From positions 1 to 33,019 of the IMG/VR virus record IMGVR_UViG_3300035531_000018: a DNA stretch of 33,019 nucleotides. One strand, written 5' to 3'. A program made the translations under genes and the position numbers. This document shows positions 18,408 through 27,501 of this stretch, one piece after another. The notes under the pieces were generated by a model. It had not been told where the DNA came from. It made no database searches and worked only from the letters and a program-made list of their open reading frames with translations. The stretch comes from a virus (lineage: Duplodnaviria > Caudoviricetes). Position 1 is the first letter of the stretch, and every line of letters starts with the position of its first letter.

Positions 18408-19244
18408 TCAAGTCACCACCTCCGCGAACTCTACGACTAACTTACGTACACTGTTACGCTTAGCCGACTCATTAGCCGACCGCACTATCACTGTGTCTTC
18501 GAAGTCGCCTAATACTTCGTGCGTCTCTTTAAGTGTATACGTTCCTTTAAGTGTCGCTCTACTTCTCGACTCGTTGAACAGCGCCACACACTTAGCGTTG
18601 GTTGGGTCGTAGTTGATAGTCAATGTCACCATCTTAACGCGCCCTGTCACTGTGTTGAAGTCGTTGTCGGTTGTTGCTTTCTTGTCGGCAGTGTAGAAGC
18701 GCCTAGTCGTGCTCACATCAGCGTTCACAACATCTAATTCTAAACCATCTAAGTACCAAGTGCTTGATTGACCGAACTCGCCGATACCTAACTCGGTTAA
18801 ATTAAAAGTCACACTCAATATCGCATACTGCGCTGTCTCGCCTAAGAATGTCCAACCTCTATATTTCGGATATGGGCTGACCTTGACCGAATACTTTGTA
18901 CCATCAACCGTGATGCTCGATCCGTTCATCGCTCGGCAGACTGACTGGATATTAGCATAGTCTAAGTCCGTTGTTGCATCGTATGCATCGCCGTTGATAG
19001 GTACTAGCATACCGACCTCAAGCAACCAATCGACTCGGTTGTTGTTCTCAACGAACGGCACATCCTCACTAGTCGTTAACGCTACTGGCCTGTACTTGAC
19101 CTCTTCATTGACTAACTTACCTTCAACAGGCTCATATACGGATAGCCTATCGGTCTCAAACCTGAATAAGAAGTTACCTTTATAAACCAACCCATCTGTG
19201 TTGCTATTTAATTGTTCGATAAAATAGTCGAATATCTTTTGCAT
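18408..19244 (-). CDS. Tail structural protein; possible tail terminator / tail tube fusion
   Basis: 278 aa, beta-rich, appears two-domain, follows the neck genes. Confidence 0.55.
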   Translation of the reverse strand: MQKIFDYFIEQLNSNTDGLVYKGNFLFRFETDRLSVYEPVEGKLVNEEVKYRPVALTTSEDVPFVENNNRVDWLLEVGMLVPINGDAYDATTDLDYANIQSVCRAMNGSSITVDGTKYSVKVSPYPKYRGWTFLGETAQYAILSVTFNLTELGIGEFGQSSTWYLDGLELDVVNADVSTTRRFYTADKKATTDNDFNTVTGRVKMVTLTINYDPTNAKCVALFNESRSRATLKGTYTLKETHEVLGDFEDTVIVRSANESAKRNSVRKLVVEFAEVVT

Positions 19245-19621
19245 TATCTTAAACCTCTCATTCTTGCCGTGTCACTAACCCAACTTGGCTCGGTGCTTAC
19301 TTTCTCTAATGCACCTTGCTTTATCATGTTAGTTGACCCACGCCTGTTATTGTAGTTTTCATAGCGACTTAATACGCTCTTGTCTTGACTTGCACCAAAC
19401 CTATTCAATGCACCGACTGTCTGTTGACTTATAAAGCCTTTGTTCTTATCTGTGTAAATAGTACCTTCTTCGTTGAAGATAATATACGGCACTCGCTCGG
19501 TATCGTAGACTGTTAATAGGAAGTGTGCAGTCTCGTAATACCTTGCCCCAGCCAAAAACATAAAGCCTGTATCATAAGGCATCTGCGCTTGAACAATCGA
19601 ACGCATATCTTGTAAATTCAT
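19244..19621 (-). CDS. HK97 gp10-like neck / tail-completion protein
   Basis: MPYDTGFM motif and later PYIIFNEEGT, matching the P-x-D-T-G and Y-x-x-x-x-E-x-G-T pattern. Confidence 0.65.
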   Translation of the reverse strand: MNLQDMRSIVQAQMPYDTGFMFLAGARYYETAHFLLTVYDTERVPYIIFNEEGTIYTDKNKGFISQQTVGALNRFGASQDKSVLSRYENYNNRRGSTNMIKQGALEKVSTEPSWVSDTARMRGLR

Positions 19622-19926
19622 GTTGTCTCTATAACCTTGTCTTTGCGATAGTAACCGCGCCTAGAGTTGTTGTTGTCAGCCTTGATTTTAATTTCTGGAA
19701 GTGCGGTGATACGTTTCTTAACATCGTTCATCATTATCACACCTTTAATCTCGAACTCAACATCGCTATCCGTTATGAATCTACTACCGCTATCCTTGAC
19801 AGGTTGCCCTATGAAGTTGCTAATAGTCTTGTCGTTGGTTACATTATTACAATAGATTAAGTGTTCGTTGCCATCTAAGTCAACGTATATCAATCTTAAC
19901 TGGTTATACTTCGGCTTATGTCTCAT
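19618..19926 (-). CDS. Putative head-closure (stopper) protein
   Basis: 102 aa, beta-rich, second gene of the neck block. Confidence 0.5.
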   Translation of the reverse strand: MRHKPKYNQLRLIYVDLDGNEHLIYCNNVTNDKTISNFIGQPVKDSGSRFITDSDVEFEIKGVIMMNDVKKRITALPEIKIKADNNNSRRGYYRKDKVIETT

Positions 19927-20312
19927 CGCTTTCTCGCCCCATCTAATAACATCGCTATCCTTAACTCGTTAATAACTGTGCGTGGGTACTTGTTCTTCGG
20001 TTGATCTAAATACTCGTTCAAGTCCATACCACTCTCCATAGCGCCTTTAACGTGCTCAATTATCGCTCTCTTGAGTTGGTATTGCTCTCGTTGTTGGTTG
20101 TTGTCAACTTTGGTCTGCATATAACTAACATGGTCGCTCATGTAAGGCCCACGATATGCACTATATATCAACGACCAAATGTCTTGTGAGAATATGCGCA
20201 TCGCTTTCTTTAAATTGTTGCCTAACACAAGTCCTAACTCTTGCTCAGTGTACATTGTGTTGTCTAACACATCGCTCACATCTATGTAATACTCGTTGTT
20301 CTCTTTGTACAT
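19923..20312 (-). CDS. Putative head-tail adaptor
   Basis: 129 aa, helical; QLKRAIIEHV and YPRTVINELRIAMLL resemble gp15/gp6-type adaptors. Confidence 0.6.
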   Translation of the reverse strand: MYKENNEYYIDVSDVLDNTMYTEQELGLVLGNNLKKAMRIFSQDIWSLIYSAYRGPYMSDHVSYMQTKVDNNQQREQYQLKRAIIEHVKGAMESGMDLNEYLDQPKNKYPRTVINELRIAMLLDGARKR

Positions 20313-20325
20313 TTTATACCTCCTT

Positions 20326-20360
20326 AAAAAAGGAAGGGTAAACCCTCAAGCTTACCCTTT
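20326..20360 (-). terminator. Terminator-like hairpin after the capsid block
   Basis: AAGGGTAA...TTACCCTT stem followed by CC and T6, overlapping the next RBS. Confidence 0.6.
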
Positions 20361-20492
20361 TTTGTTTGAAGATTTTTTTACAGGTCTTTTCTCTTCAACC
20401 CATGATTTTGACTTCAAAAACTCTTTTGCGTGTTTCAAAGGCATCTCTTTGATTTGCCCTGTCCTAACGTGTCTAATAATCTTTGTTTCCAT
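20352..20492 (-). CDS. 46-aa basic protein after the major capsid gene (not in ORF track)
   Basis: AGGAGG RBS; METKIIRHVRTGQIKEMPLKHAKEFLKSKSWVEEKRPVKKSSNKKG. Confidence 0.8.
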   Translation of the reverse strand: METKIIRHVRTGQIKEMPLKHAKEFLKSKSWVEEKRPVKKSSNKKG

Positions 20493-20516
20493 CGATTACT
20501 ACCTCCTTAATTATTA

Positions 20517-21398
20517 TTAAATAGATGCTGATTGTAATAATTTAATTCTTGCAGTTGTTGAGTCTAACAATGTATCTTTGTAGACTAATCTACCTTGTAA
20601 CGCTGATGCACCGATATGTTTGCCATCTTTTAAGTCGTTAATCGCTGGTAATACTTTCCAGTCTTCAACAGTTTGCGCCCATGGCGTTGCAAACACTAGA
20701 TATTCGGTAGTAGTGTCTTGCCCTGCTTCATAGACAGTATCTTCAACCATTAAGTTATCAGATACATAAACCATTGCGCCACCAATCTTAGACACAACAC
20801 CTTCTCTTACTAACTCTGCACCGATGGTCGATGCTGTGTTAGAGAACTTAGTGTCAGTTAATAGTTTTTCCCAAGTGCTTGATGGGATAACTACTTTAAT
20901 GTCATTGATGTTAATACCTAACTTTCTAACATTAGCGATAGATGCTAAGATAGTCTTATACATATTATCCGCTGTTGTCTCAGTAGTCGTTGTCTCTGCT
21001 GTCGCACCATCTTCTAATACGCTGATCGCATATAGTTCTTGATTACGCCCTAATGAATAGGCTGCTGAGTCGATACGTTGTGCAACTAGGTTATCTGGAA
21101 CTGCTGATGCCTCATAACCATCAATAAGTTCGTTAACTGCTACGTTTTGGTCTACTAACACTTGTGTGTAAGCAGTTGCTGAAGTCGTTAATGATACACC
21201 ACTAACCACATCATAATTAGCCACTGTTACTTCAGTGTTTCTTGTTGGGATATTGACTGCGCCACCTTTAGGGTCGCCTTCATAATCTCTTCTAAATAAG
21301 TTTCTTACTACGTTCTCTTTACGTTTGAGTGCTACGATATCCTGTGCGTATCTAATTCTCAAATCGTGTGTTCCGTTTGTTGGTAATTTAATTGTCAT
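20517..21398 (-). CDS. Major capsid protein (HK97 fold)
   Basis: 293 aa after the scaffold; RDYEGDPKGGAVNIP, GVVSKIGGAMVYVSDNL, SALQGRLVY. Confidence 0.92.
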   Translation of the reverse strand: MTIKLPTNGTHDLRIRYAQDIVALKRKENVVRNLFRRDYEGDPKGGAVNIPTRNTEVTVANYDVVSGVSLTTSATAYTQVLVDQNVAVNELIDGYEASAVPDNLVAQRIDSAAYSLGRNQELYAISVLEDGATAETTTTETTADNMYKTILASIANVRKLGININDIKVVIPSSTWEKLLTDTKFSNTASTIGAELVREGVVSKIGGAMVYVSDNLMVEDTVYEAGQDTTTEYLVFATPWAQTVEDWKVLPAINDLKDGKHIGASALQGRLVYKDTLLDSTTARIKLLQSASI

Positions 21399-21419
21399 TA
21401 TTATTTCCTCCTAATTTTT

Positions 21420-21935
21420 TTAATCTAAATCAGGGTGTCTCTCTTTCAGGACTGCTCTATAACCAGGCTCAGTCGGTGTCTCTTCGCCACCTTCACGTTT
21501 GCCAAATGTTATAGGCTCTTTCTTGAATAGGTCTGGTTTCTCTTCTCTGTACGCCTTAAACGCATCCTCGAACGCTACCTCATCACTTACTCGCTTGTTG
21601 ACATTGAATAAAATGTAGTCAACTCGGTCTGGGTCAGTGATGCCTTGCGAATACAATGCCTCTTTGCGTTGCAAGTTCGTTAACTCACCTTGTGTCTTAG
21701 CAAGTGCCTCTTGCACCTCTTGGCCTTGGTTAAGTTTCTCTGCTAACTGCTCAACGTTCTCGACCTCGAAAGTCTTTAAGAACTCGCCTCTAGCATCCTC
21801 TTTAGCCTTGTCGGTCTGCTTGGCCACAACATTGTTAATGTCGTTGTTGATAGCCTCTGTCACCTTAGCCCAATCAATCTGTCCTTCTTCGTTAGAATAC
21901 CCTTTAATAATTTTTTCTAATTCTTCTTGTTTCAT
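21420..21935 (-). CDS. Capsid scaffolding protein
   Basis: Acidic coiled coil, YREEKPDLFK motif, directly upstream of the capsid gene. Confidence 0.85.
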   Translation of the reverse strand: MKQEELEKIIKGYSNEEGQIDWAKVTEAINNDINNVVAKQTDKAKEDARGEFLKTFEVENVEQLAEKLNQGQEVQEALAKTQGELTNLQRKEALYSQGITDPDRVDYILFNVNKRVSDEVAFEDAFKAYREEKPDLFKKEPITFGKREGGEETPTEPGYRAVLKERHPDLD

Positions 21936-22030
21936 TTACTGCTACCTCCTTGTTTGGGTGTGAGCCACCTTACCTGGTTTATGGTTGACCAGCAACCTAT
22001 ATTTAGCAACCTAGCCACTTCCAAACTCGG

Positions 22031-22828
22031 CTACTTAACATACTCTAAATAACACCGACAGTTCACTCGCTCACCCACTGGCAACAACATATCACCTGGA
22101 TGGTTAGCCCTTAAGCCACCTGCTCTGAACAGGCTCCCTATCGGCACCTTCTTGTCCTTGACTGCGTTGTGCCATGGCGTGTCTCTTACGACCTTATCAC
22201 CTTGTGTGCGCCATATCTTGTGCGTATAACCCTCAGCCTCATGCACCTCAATGCTGACTATCTCGGCTTGCTCGTGTGCCTCTGTCCTCAATACTCGCTT
22301 GACCTTCCATTCCTCGTTGGTCTGTCTAAGCAAACTCTCTGGGTCAATGCCTTTCTCAAGCGCCTTATTCAAGTCACGATAGTTCACACTAGCACCCTTT
22401 ACTTGCACACGCACATTTGCACGCACTGCCTTGTTGACATTGGTCTCGTTGCTAAGTTCAAACTCGTTCCACACTAACCTTGCCCTCTTAGCAACCTTGC
22501 CTCTAGACATATCATACATCTTCTTAACGAAGCGTTCAGGCGCTCTTACGCTATACATCGCCATCAGCCCTGCGACTGCTCTGAACTCTCGCTTAGAGGA
22601 CTCTCTACGCAGTATAGAGCGCACTTGCGCTATGACCACATATAACTTAGCCTTATCTAATAAAGACTTGTCTACACCCCTTATAATGCGCTCTATACCC
22701 TCTGTTGTGGTTGGACGCTCTTGTAATAGGCGTTTGCTTATCTCTCTTTGATATCTTAACTGTCTTGGGTCGTTGGCTATAACTTGTTGTAAGGCTCTAT
22801 TCAGCCTGTCTATTGTCTTCATCTTCAT
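22031..22828 (-). CDS. Minor head / head morphogenesis protein (SPP1 gp7 / Mu F-like)
   Basis: RVLRTE, KIWRTQGDKVVR..H, HPGD....ERVNCRC. Confidence 0.9.
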   Translation of the reverse strand: MKMKTIDRLNRALQQVIANDPRQLRYQREISKRLLQERPTTTEGIERIIRGVDKSLLDKAKLYVVIAQVRSILRRESSKREFRAVAGLMAMYSVRAPERFVKKMYDMSRGKVAKRARLVWNEFELSNETNVNKAVRANVRVQVKGASVNYRDLNKALEKGIDPESLLRQTNEEWKVKRVLRTEAHEQAEIVSIEVHEAEGYTHKIWRTQGDKVVRDTPWHNAVKDKKVPIGSLFRAGGLRANHPGDMLLPVGERVNCRCYLEYVK

Positions 22829-24278
22829 CTAATGTGTATGACTCGGTGTACCTCGACTGCTCAGCGCTAATGTCTGCTAACGCTTCAGCAACCATCGACT
22901 TGGCCTCTTCATCGCTGACCTTCAGCACCTTAGCCACGACTTTATATTTAGGTATCATACCTTTGTCAGCCAACATGAACATATCATCTTTCTCTTGCTC
23001 ATCGTTAGTGACAATGGAATCGTCAAACACTATCTCTATTTTCTCGCTATCAATATCGCCATCATATCGCCCTGCAACGTTCTCTAACTCTAGCACAGCA
23101 TAGATCATGCCCTTGATAGCCTCGCTTAACACTTGCTCGTGTTTCTTCTTCGTTCTATATGTGTCGTTGTTTGAAGTTATGACTGCTTTCTCGTTCTGGT
23201 AGTTGACACCCTCTTCGCTGAATGCGTAGAAGTTCTTGCCTAGCCCTGCTCTAAAGCCTATCAACTTGACCACTTTGTCTATCGCTAAGCCCAGTTGGTC
23301 GAACTGGAATTTGCCTTGAAAGAACTCGACTGGCTTTTGCTTGTCTCCAACGTTCTCCATCGGATACATCTCAATGGCTGTGTCTTGCTCATCGATGTAT
23401 CTAACATACGACACTTGCCCTGTCGCCTCATCAGTCTGCATCTTTGTCCCAGCGAACTCACTCGACAGCACAATGCGTGTCTTGTTGTTAAGCCCTTCGT
23501 TCTGATACACATCGAATAATATATCTGCGTTCTTGAAATAACTTATCATGGTTGAATATATACTCACACCATGCGGTAAGTTAATATTATGTTGGTTTTG
23601 AATGTTCGGCCTAATCACTTGGAAGAACGGATACGGCATCTCGAACTCCATAACAGGCTCACCATCGTACACTAACGCTAACGGTGCCTCTTTACCTAAC
23701 TCGCCTTTCTTGTCGCTCATGTACGCCTTATGCTCGACCTTATACACACCGTTCTTGACACTATGATACACCAAGTGTGACACATAGTTGTCTTTGACTT
23801 TGTTTATTGTGTAAGTGACTAACGCAGTCAAGCGACCGTTATCCCATGCTAATGGAAATCCGTTTTGGAAGTTGATGAAGTCTATCTTAGTCTCACCCTC
23901 TTCTAGGTATTCGACCATATAGCCCATACCCATACCAAACGCTAACTCTAACAGGTTGGCGAACTGTGTCTCGAAGTTGTTATCACTCAACACGTTCTTA
24001 ACCAACTCTGCTGTATTCTCGTTCTCAATCTTAATCTCGCATTTGTTGTTCCAAATAAGGCTGACCCAGTCCTCGCATAACTTCTTCGGCATGTTCATTG
24101 TCATACGCTCGAACTCTCTTTGCTTACCTGCAACGCTCTTCTTGAAGGTATGAAAGCCATTGACATCGCCACGATACCAACTAAACCATTGTTCTTGTTT
24201 CTTGTCTATGTCGCCAACTATTGGATTAAACCCATGTCTGCGACTGACACTAATTATATCTTGTAAGTACCCTGCCAC
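22797..24278 (-). CDS. Portal protein (SPP1/A118-like)
   Basis: 493 aa after TerL; WFSWYRG, MNMPKKLCED, PHGVSIY, IVFDDSIV. Confidence 0.92.
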   Translation of the reverse strand: MAGYLQDIISVSRRHGFNPIVGDIDKKQEQWFSWYRGDVNGFHTFKKSVAGKQREFERMTMNMPKKLCEDWVSLIWNNKCEIKIENENTAELVKNVLSDNNFETQFANLLELAFGMGMGYMVEYLEEGETKIDFINFQNGFPLAWDNGRLTALVTYTINKVKDNYVSHLVYHSVKNGVYKVEHKAYMSDKKGELGKEAPLALVYDGEPVMEFEMPYPFFQVIRPNIQNQHNINLPHGVSIYSTMISYFKNADILFDVYQNEGLNNKTRIVLSSEFAGTKMQTDEATGQVSYVRYIDEQDTAIEMYPMENVGDKQKPVEFFQGKFQFDQLGLAIDKVVKLIGFRAGLGKNFYAFSEEGVNYQNEKAVITSNNDTYRTKKKHEQVLSEAIKGMIYAVLELENVAGRYDGDIDSEKIEIVFDDSIVTNDEQEKDDMFMLADKGMIPKYKVVAKVLKVSDEEAKSMVAEALADISAEQSRYTESYTLDEDEDNRQAE

Positions 24279-25675
24279 TCTTTATCATTCCTTTCATAGC
24301 CTTTCATACGTAGTATTGCGTTCTCGATCGGTATAATGTCATCTAGGAAGCAATACTCGAAACTATCCAGACTGTCAACGTTCGTTGTTGAATCATCTTT
24401 CCTGTTGTCGTGCTTGTCTCTCTCAGCCTCGCTTAAGGCTCTAATAAGCTCCTTGTTGCTCTTGTCTATGATTAGATAGTCTGCACCAAACATTAGGTTA
24501 ACTATCTGTATTCTTTCCTCTATCGCATCAGTCTCTTTCTTATGCCTAATAGTCTTGTTGACTGGCTGTATCGTAAAGCGCCCAATGCCTCGCCTTGTCT
24601 TCTCTTTGCGCAAATATTTCCAAAATGTCTTGTTAGCACTGTCCACATACACCTTAAGAGGTTTAGCGAACTCTAACCAATAGTCCTCCATGAACTCGAA
24701 GAAGTCCTCAGCGTACTCCTCAATGCCCTTGTCGCCTTTGCTGACGCCGTTCTTGTGATAGTAAGTGTCTAGCACCCTTGCGCCCTTGTAGCTCTTTAAG
24801 ATACCGAACAGCGTAAACACTGTCGCATCAGTCTCGCCGTAGTCGACACCAACACTGAACTTGATATACTCATTAGGGTCTCTTAGCACCGTGTCAACGT
24901 GCACTTGCTCATTGAACTTCTTATACACCGAGCCAGATAAGTTGGCTGGTAAGCCTAGATAGATGGACTTGTACTGCTCGTAATCTATCTCTTTCAGCGC
25001 CTCTATCTCTGCTAACGCTATATCACCTAGCCACTCTCTTTGTTGCCACTCTGGTGCATCGTTGTAGTTAGTGTGTTGGATATATGTGTCACGCCCAATG
25101 CGCCCTTGCATCTTTCTTAGCCACTCATACACCCAATGGCTAGTCTTGGGCGGTGGGTTGAACTCATACAATATTATAAACCAATCCTTCTGCTCTCTAA
25201 CGTAGTTAGATATAACATTGTTCATCTCCGCTTCAGAGTCGAACTGCGTTATCTCGAACAGCCACAATATCTTTATCTTGTTACCCAACTTAGTCGGTCT
25301 TGCACCCTTGCTACTCTCGTAGTCGTTCAAGCCAACGAAGTGGATATAGTTACCCTGATCCGTGTTCATCCATAGCGTTGCGTTCTTGCCGACTGGGTAG
25401 TTCTCATGCGCTGTCAATTCCCAACATAAGCGCTGGAAACCTATCTTAAGCCCAGCGAACGTTGTATCTCTATGGTCTTTGTACACCTTACGCACCACGA
25501 CTGCCTCTGCTTGAGGGTCACTGGCCATCAAGAACGGTATCTTAACCTCGTTCGTGCTGGACTTAAAAGACAACCGCCCACCTTTGTTGATTTGATGGAC
25601 AGTGTGCTTATCGTTAAAGTGCTTCAGATGCGGTTGTGCGACAATCTCACTTATCTTAATCTTCTTCGCTGTCAT
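24254..25675 (-). CDS. terL: Terminase large subunit (PBSX-like)
   Basis: KGGRLSFKSS Walker A-like, FNPP, HTNYND, GVDYGETDAT nuclease motif, DSLDSFEY. Confidence 0.93.
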   Translation of the reverse strand: MTAKKIKISEIVAQPHLKHFNDKHTVHQINKGGRLSFKSSTNEVKIPFLMASDPQAEAVVVRKVYKDHRDTTFAGLKIGFQRLCWELTAHENYPVGKNATLWMNTDQGNYIHFVGLNDYESSKGARPTKLGNKIKILWLFEITQFDSEAEMNNVISNYVREQKDWFIILYEFNPPPKTSHWVYEWLRKMQGRIGRDTYIQHTNYNDAPEWQQREWLGDIALAEIEALKEIDYEQYKSIYLGLPANLSGSVYKKFNEQVHVDTVLRDPNEYIKFSVGVDYGETDATVFTLFGILKSYKGARVLDTYYHKNGVSKGDKGIEEYAEDFFEFMEDYWLEFAKPLKVYVDSANKTFWKYLRKEKTRRGIGRFTIQPVNKTIRHKKETDAIEERIQIVNLMFGADYLIIDKSNKELIRALSEAERDKHDNRKDDSTTNVDSLDSFEYCFLDDIIPIENAILRMKGYERNDKEWQGTYKI

Positions 25676-26006
25676 CCACAATCACCGTAGGTGTTGGCTT
25701 CTTCGTATAGTTGATGTCTTGGCGGTCGGTCCAACCGAAGTTCTTAAGTGCGAATATGTCACCTGCTCGACCGTTCTGTCTAAGTGACAACTCATAAGCG
25801 TTCTCGACTCTCATACGAGCCATATTAATCATATGTTTAAAGCCATCACGCTTAGCGTAATTATAGAAAGTATCTTTCACAATACCTAAATGCAAACACA
25901 CCCCAGTGATAGTTATTTGTTCAACTGGAGTTATTTTAAAATATTCATCTAACTTTTCTTTCATTCGCTCAGGTGTAAATTTTAATTCTGATCCGTTCAA
26001 AAGCAT
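25656..26006 (-). CDS. terS: Terminase small subunit
   Basis: TITGVCLHLGI..DTFYNY HTH and GDIFALKNFGWTDRQ; directly upstream of terL. Confidence 0.88.
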   Translation of the reverse strand: MLLNGSELKFTPERMKEKLDEYFKITPVEQITITGVCLHLGIVKDTFYNYAKRDGFKHMINMARMRVENAYELSLRQNGRAGDIFALKNFGWTDRQDINYTKKPTPTVIVDDSEED

Positions 26007-26061
26007 CCATTCACATCCTAACTTTTTTTAGGAGTCCGACTCCGCTCTCTTGTACACCCAT

Positions 26062-26070
26062 ATTATACCA
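26062..26070 (-). promoter_or_regulatory. Extended -10 promoter of the late operon
   Basis: Perfect TGGTATAAT about 55 nt upstream of terS; no consensus -35. Confidence 0.7.
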
Positions 26071-26125
26071 AAAAAAGTGTTTTTTTAGTAGTAAAAGCCG
26101 ATAACGGCCAAACTTGGCGCTAAAT

Positions 26126-26307
26126 ACAAGGTATGCAGGGTTTAGCCCCGATTTTACAAACTTTTCTATATATTTTTTCTCACGTATAAAGTTTAGAAAA
26201 AAAGGTAATAACTATGCAAACCCTGTCTCTTGTTCATTATTGGCAAAAAATGGCGACATAGTTTGATGGCTAAATATAGGGAAATATGCAGGGTATGCAG
26301 GGTTTGA
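26126..26307. repeat. Inverted-repeat element B plus an extra half element
   Basis: ACAAGGTATGCAGGGTTTAG (26126-26145) and AATAACTATGCAAACCCTGT (26207-26226) with a 61-bp spacer; further ACATAGTTTG (26256) and GCAGGGTATGCAGGGTTTG (26288). Confidence 0.8.
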
Positions 26308-26447
26308 CCCAAAAAAGACAAAACTTTTTAGAAAAAATAAAAGTATAGAAAAAATATATAAAAGTTTTAGTAAAGTTTTAGATGGCTGTTGGCAGTCGGC
26401 GAGTCAGAGTGCTAGAAAAGGGGTCGTTGAGCAGGCGCTAGAGCAAG

Positions 26448-26471
26448 AAAAAAGACACCCAAAAGAGTGTC
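26448..26471 (-). terminator. Intrinsic terminator ending the early operon
   Basis: GACACTC-TTTT-GGGTGTC followed by T6, overlapping the VRR-NUC stop codon. Confidence 0.85.
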
Positions 26472-26775
26472 AGTTGTCTTGTATGGTGTCAGCGAGTCGT
26501 TGCCATTGATCTAGGCTGCGCACGACATATGAGTTGGGCAGTAGCGCTTGGAACTTCTTCTGCTCAGGACTCAGGCGACCCTTAGGTGTCTTTAGTTCGA
26601 TATAATAAGTTGCGGTCTTAGTGATAATAGTCAAGTCAGGCCAGCCTTCAGGCACGCCAGAGTTGAAATAGAATCCACTCGGTCGCTCACACCCACCTGG
26701 GTTGAAGTGGTAGGCCTGCCAGCCACGTCGCCCGCAATCAAGCATCACTTGGCGCTGAAGGTTAAGTTCGCGCAT
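26470..26775 (-). CDS. VRR-NUC domain nuclease (resolvase-like)
   Basis: GVPEGWPDL, YIELKTPKGRLSPEQKKF. Confidence 0.93.
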   Translation of the reverse strand: MRELNLQRQVMLDCGRRGWQAYHFNPGGCERPSGFYFNSGVPEGWPDLTIITKTATYYIELKTPKGRLSPEQKKFQALLPNSYVVRSLDQWQRLADTIQDN

Positions 26776-27112
26776 TGGATACCAGCCACTCCTTCATGGC
26801 GTAGAAGCCTCTTGCTGGGGGTATGAGTGTGTAGCCAACCTCATTAGGCTCGGCGGTGAAGTGCGGGAAGCGTCGGCGGATGTCGTTGAGTTGAGACTCA
26901 GTGAAGCAATAGCAGACCTCGCCACGCCTTAGATCATAGCAAGCCTGCCATACGAGTTCGTTGTAGTAGTTGCGCTGTTTGTCTGAATGCTTGACTATAC
27001 GGCGATGCACATACGATGATGAGCGCCCTATGGTGTCGGCAACCTGCTTGATCGTGTAGCCCTTGTCATACAACTTAAGACAACGTGCAGTGCGGCTGGC
27101 CATCACAACCAC
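26762..27112 (-). CDS. HTH DNA-binding protein (possible transcription activator)
   Basis: LYDKGYTIKQVADTIGRSSSYVHRRI. Confidence 0.75.
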   Translation of the reverse strand: MVVMASRTARCLKLYDKGYTIKQVADTIGRSSSYVHRRIVKHSDKQRNYYNELVWQACYDLRRGEVCYCFTESQLNDIRRRFPHFTAEPNEVGYTLIPPARGFYAMKEWLVSNART

Positions 27113-27501
27113 CCTAACTCAATCATCTTTTGGTGGATGGCGAGGTGTAGTTCTAATTTAATCACTATATCGCCATTTATATCTGACAATGGACTTCTTA
27201 CAACATATCCTTCAACTTCTTTATAGAATACTATTTGTATTTTATCGTCTTTATTATATGGATATATCTCACAATCTTTTATTTGTAAATAGTTAGCACC
27301 TTTAATGCTTTGATTCATAAGTGCAAACCCCAACGCCTCGAACATTGTTTGTGCTGTTTGGTGTAAGTCATTCACATTAACATTGATTAAATCATAGTTA
27401 TCTTTTTCTACCCAAGCCCAATTAGTTGTTTCTTTAATATCAAGTATCGTACAAAAATAACCCTCTTTGTTATTGTGAACTCTATCGCCTACTTTAAACA
27501 T
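27103..27501 (-). CDS. Hypothetical phage protein
   Basis: MFKVGDRV start; TAQTMFEALGF and AIHQKMIELGWL are recurrent phage motifs. Confidence 0.8.
   Translation of the reverse strand: MFKVGDRVHNNKEGYFCTILDIKETTNWAWVEKDNYDLINVNVNDLHQTAQTMFEALGFALMNQSIKGANYLQIKDCEIYPYNKDDKIQIVFYKEVEGYVVRSPLSDINGDIVIKLELHLAIHQKMIELGWL

Noticed and set aside
21944-22030. preQ1 or other known riboswitch in the scaffold leader
   Set aside because: Only superficial pseudoknot similarity; ligand-binding consensus is absent and the gene context does not fit.
7674-26310. CRISPR array or invertase sites at the repeat elements
   Set aside because: Units are 9-bp degenerate repeats without unique spacers, and no Cas or site-specific recombinase gene was recognised.
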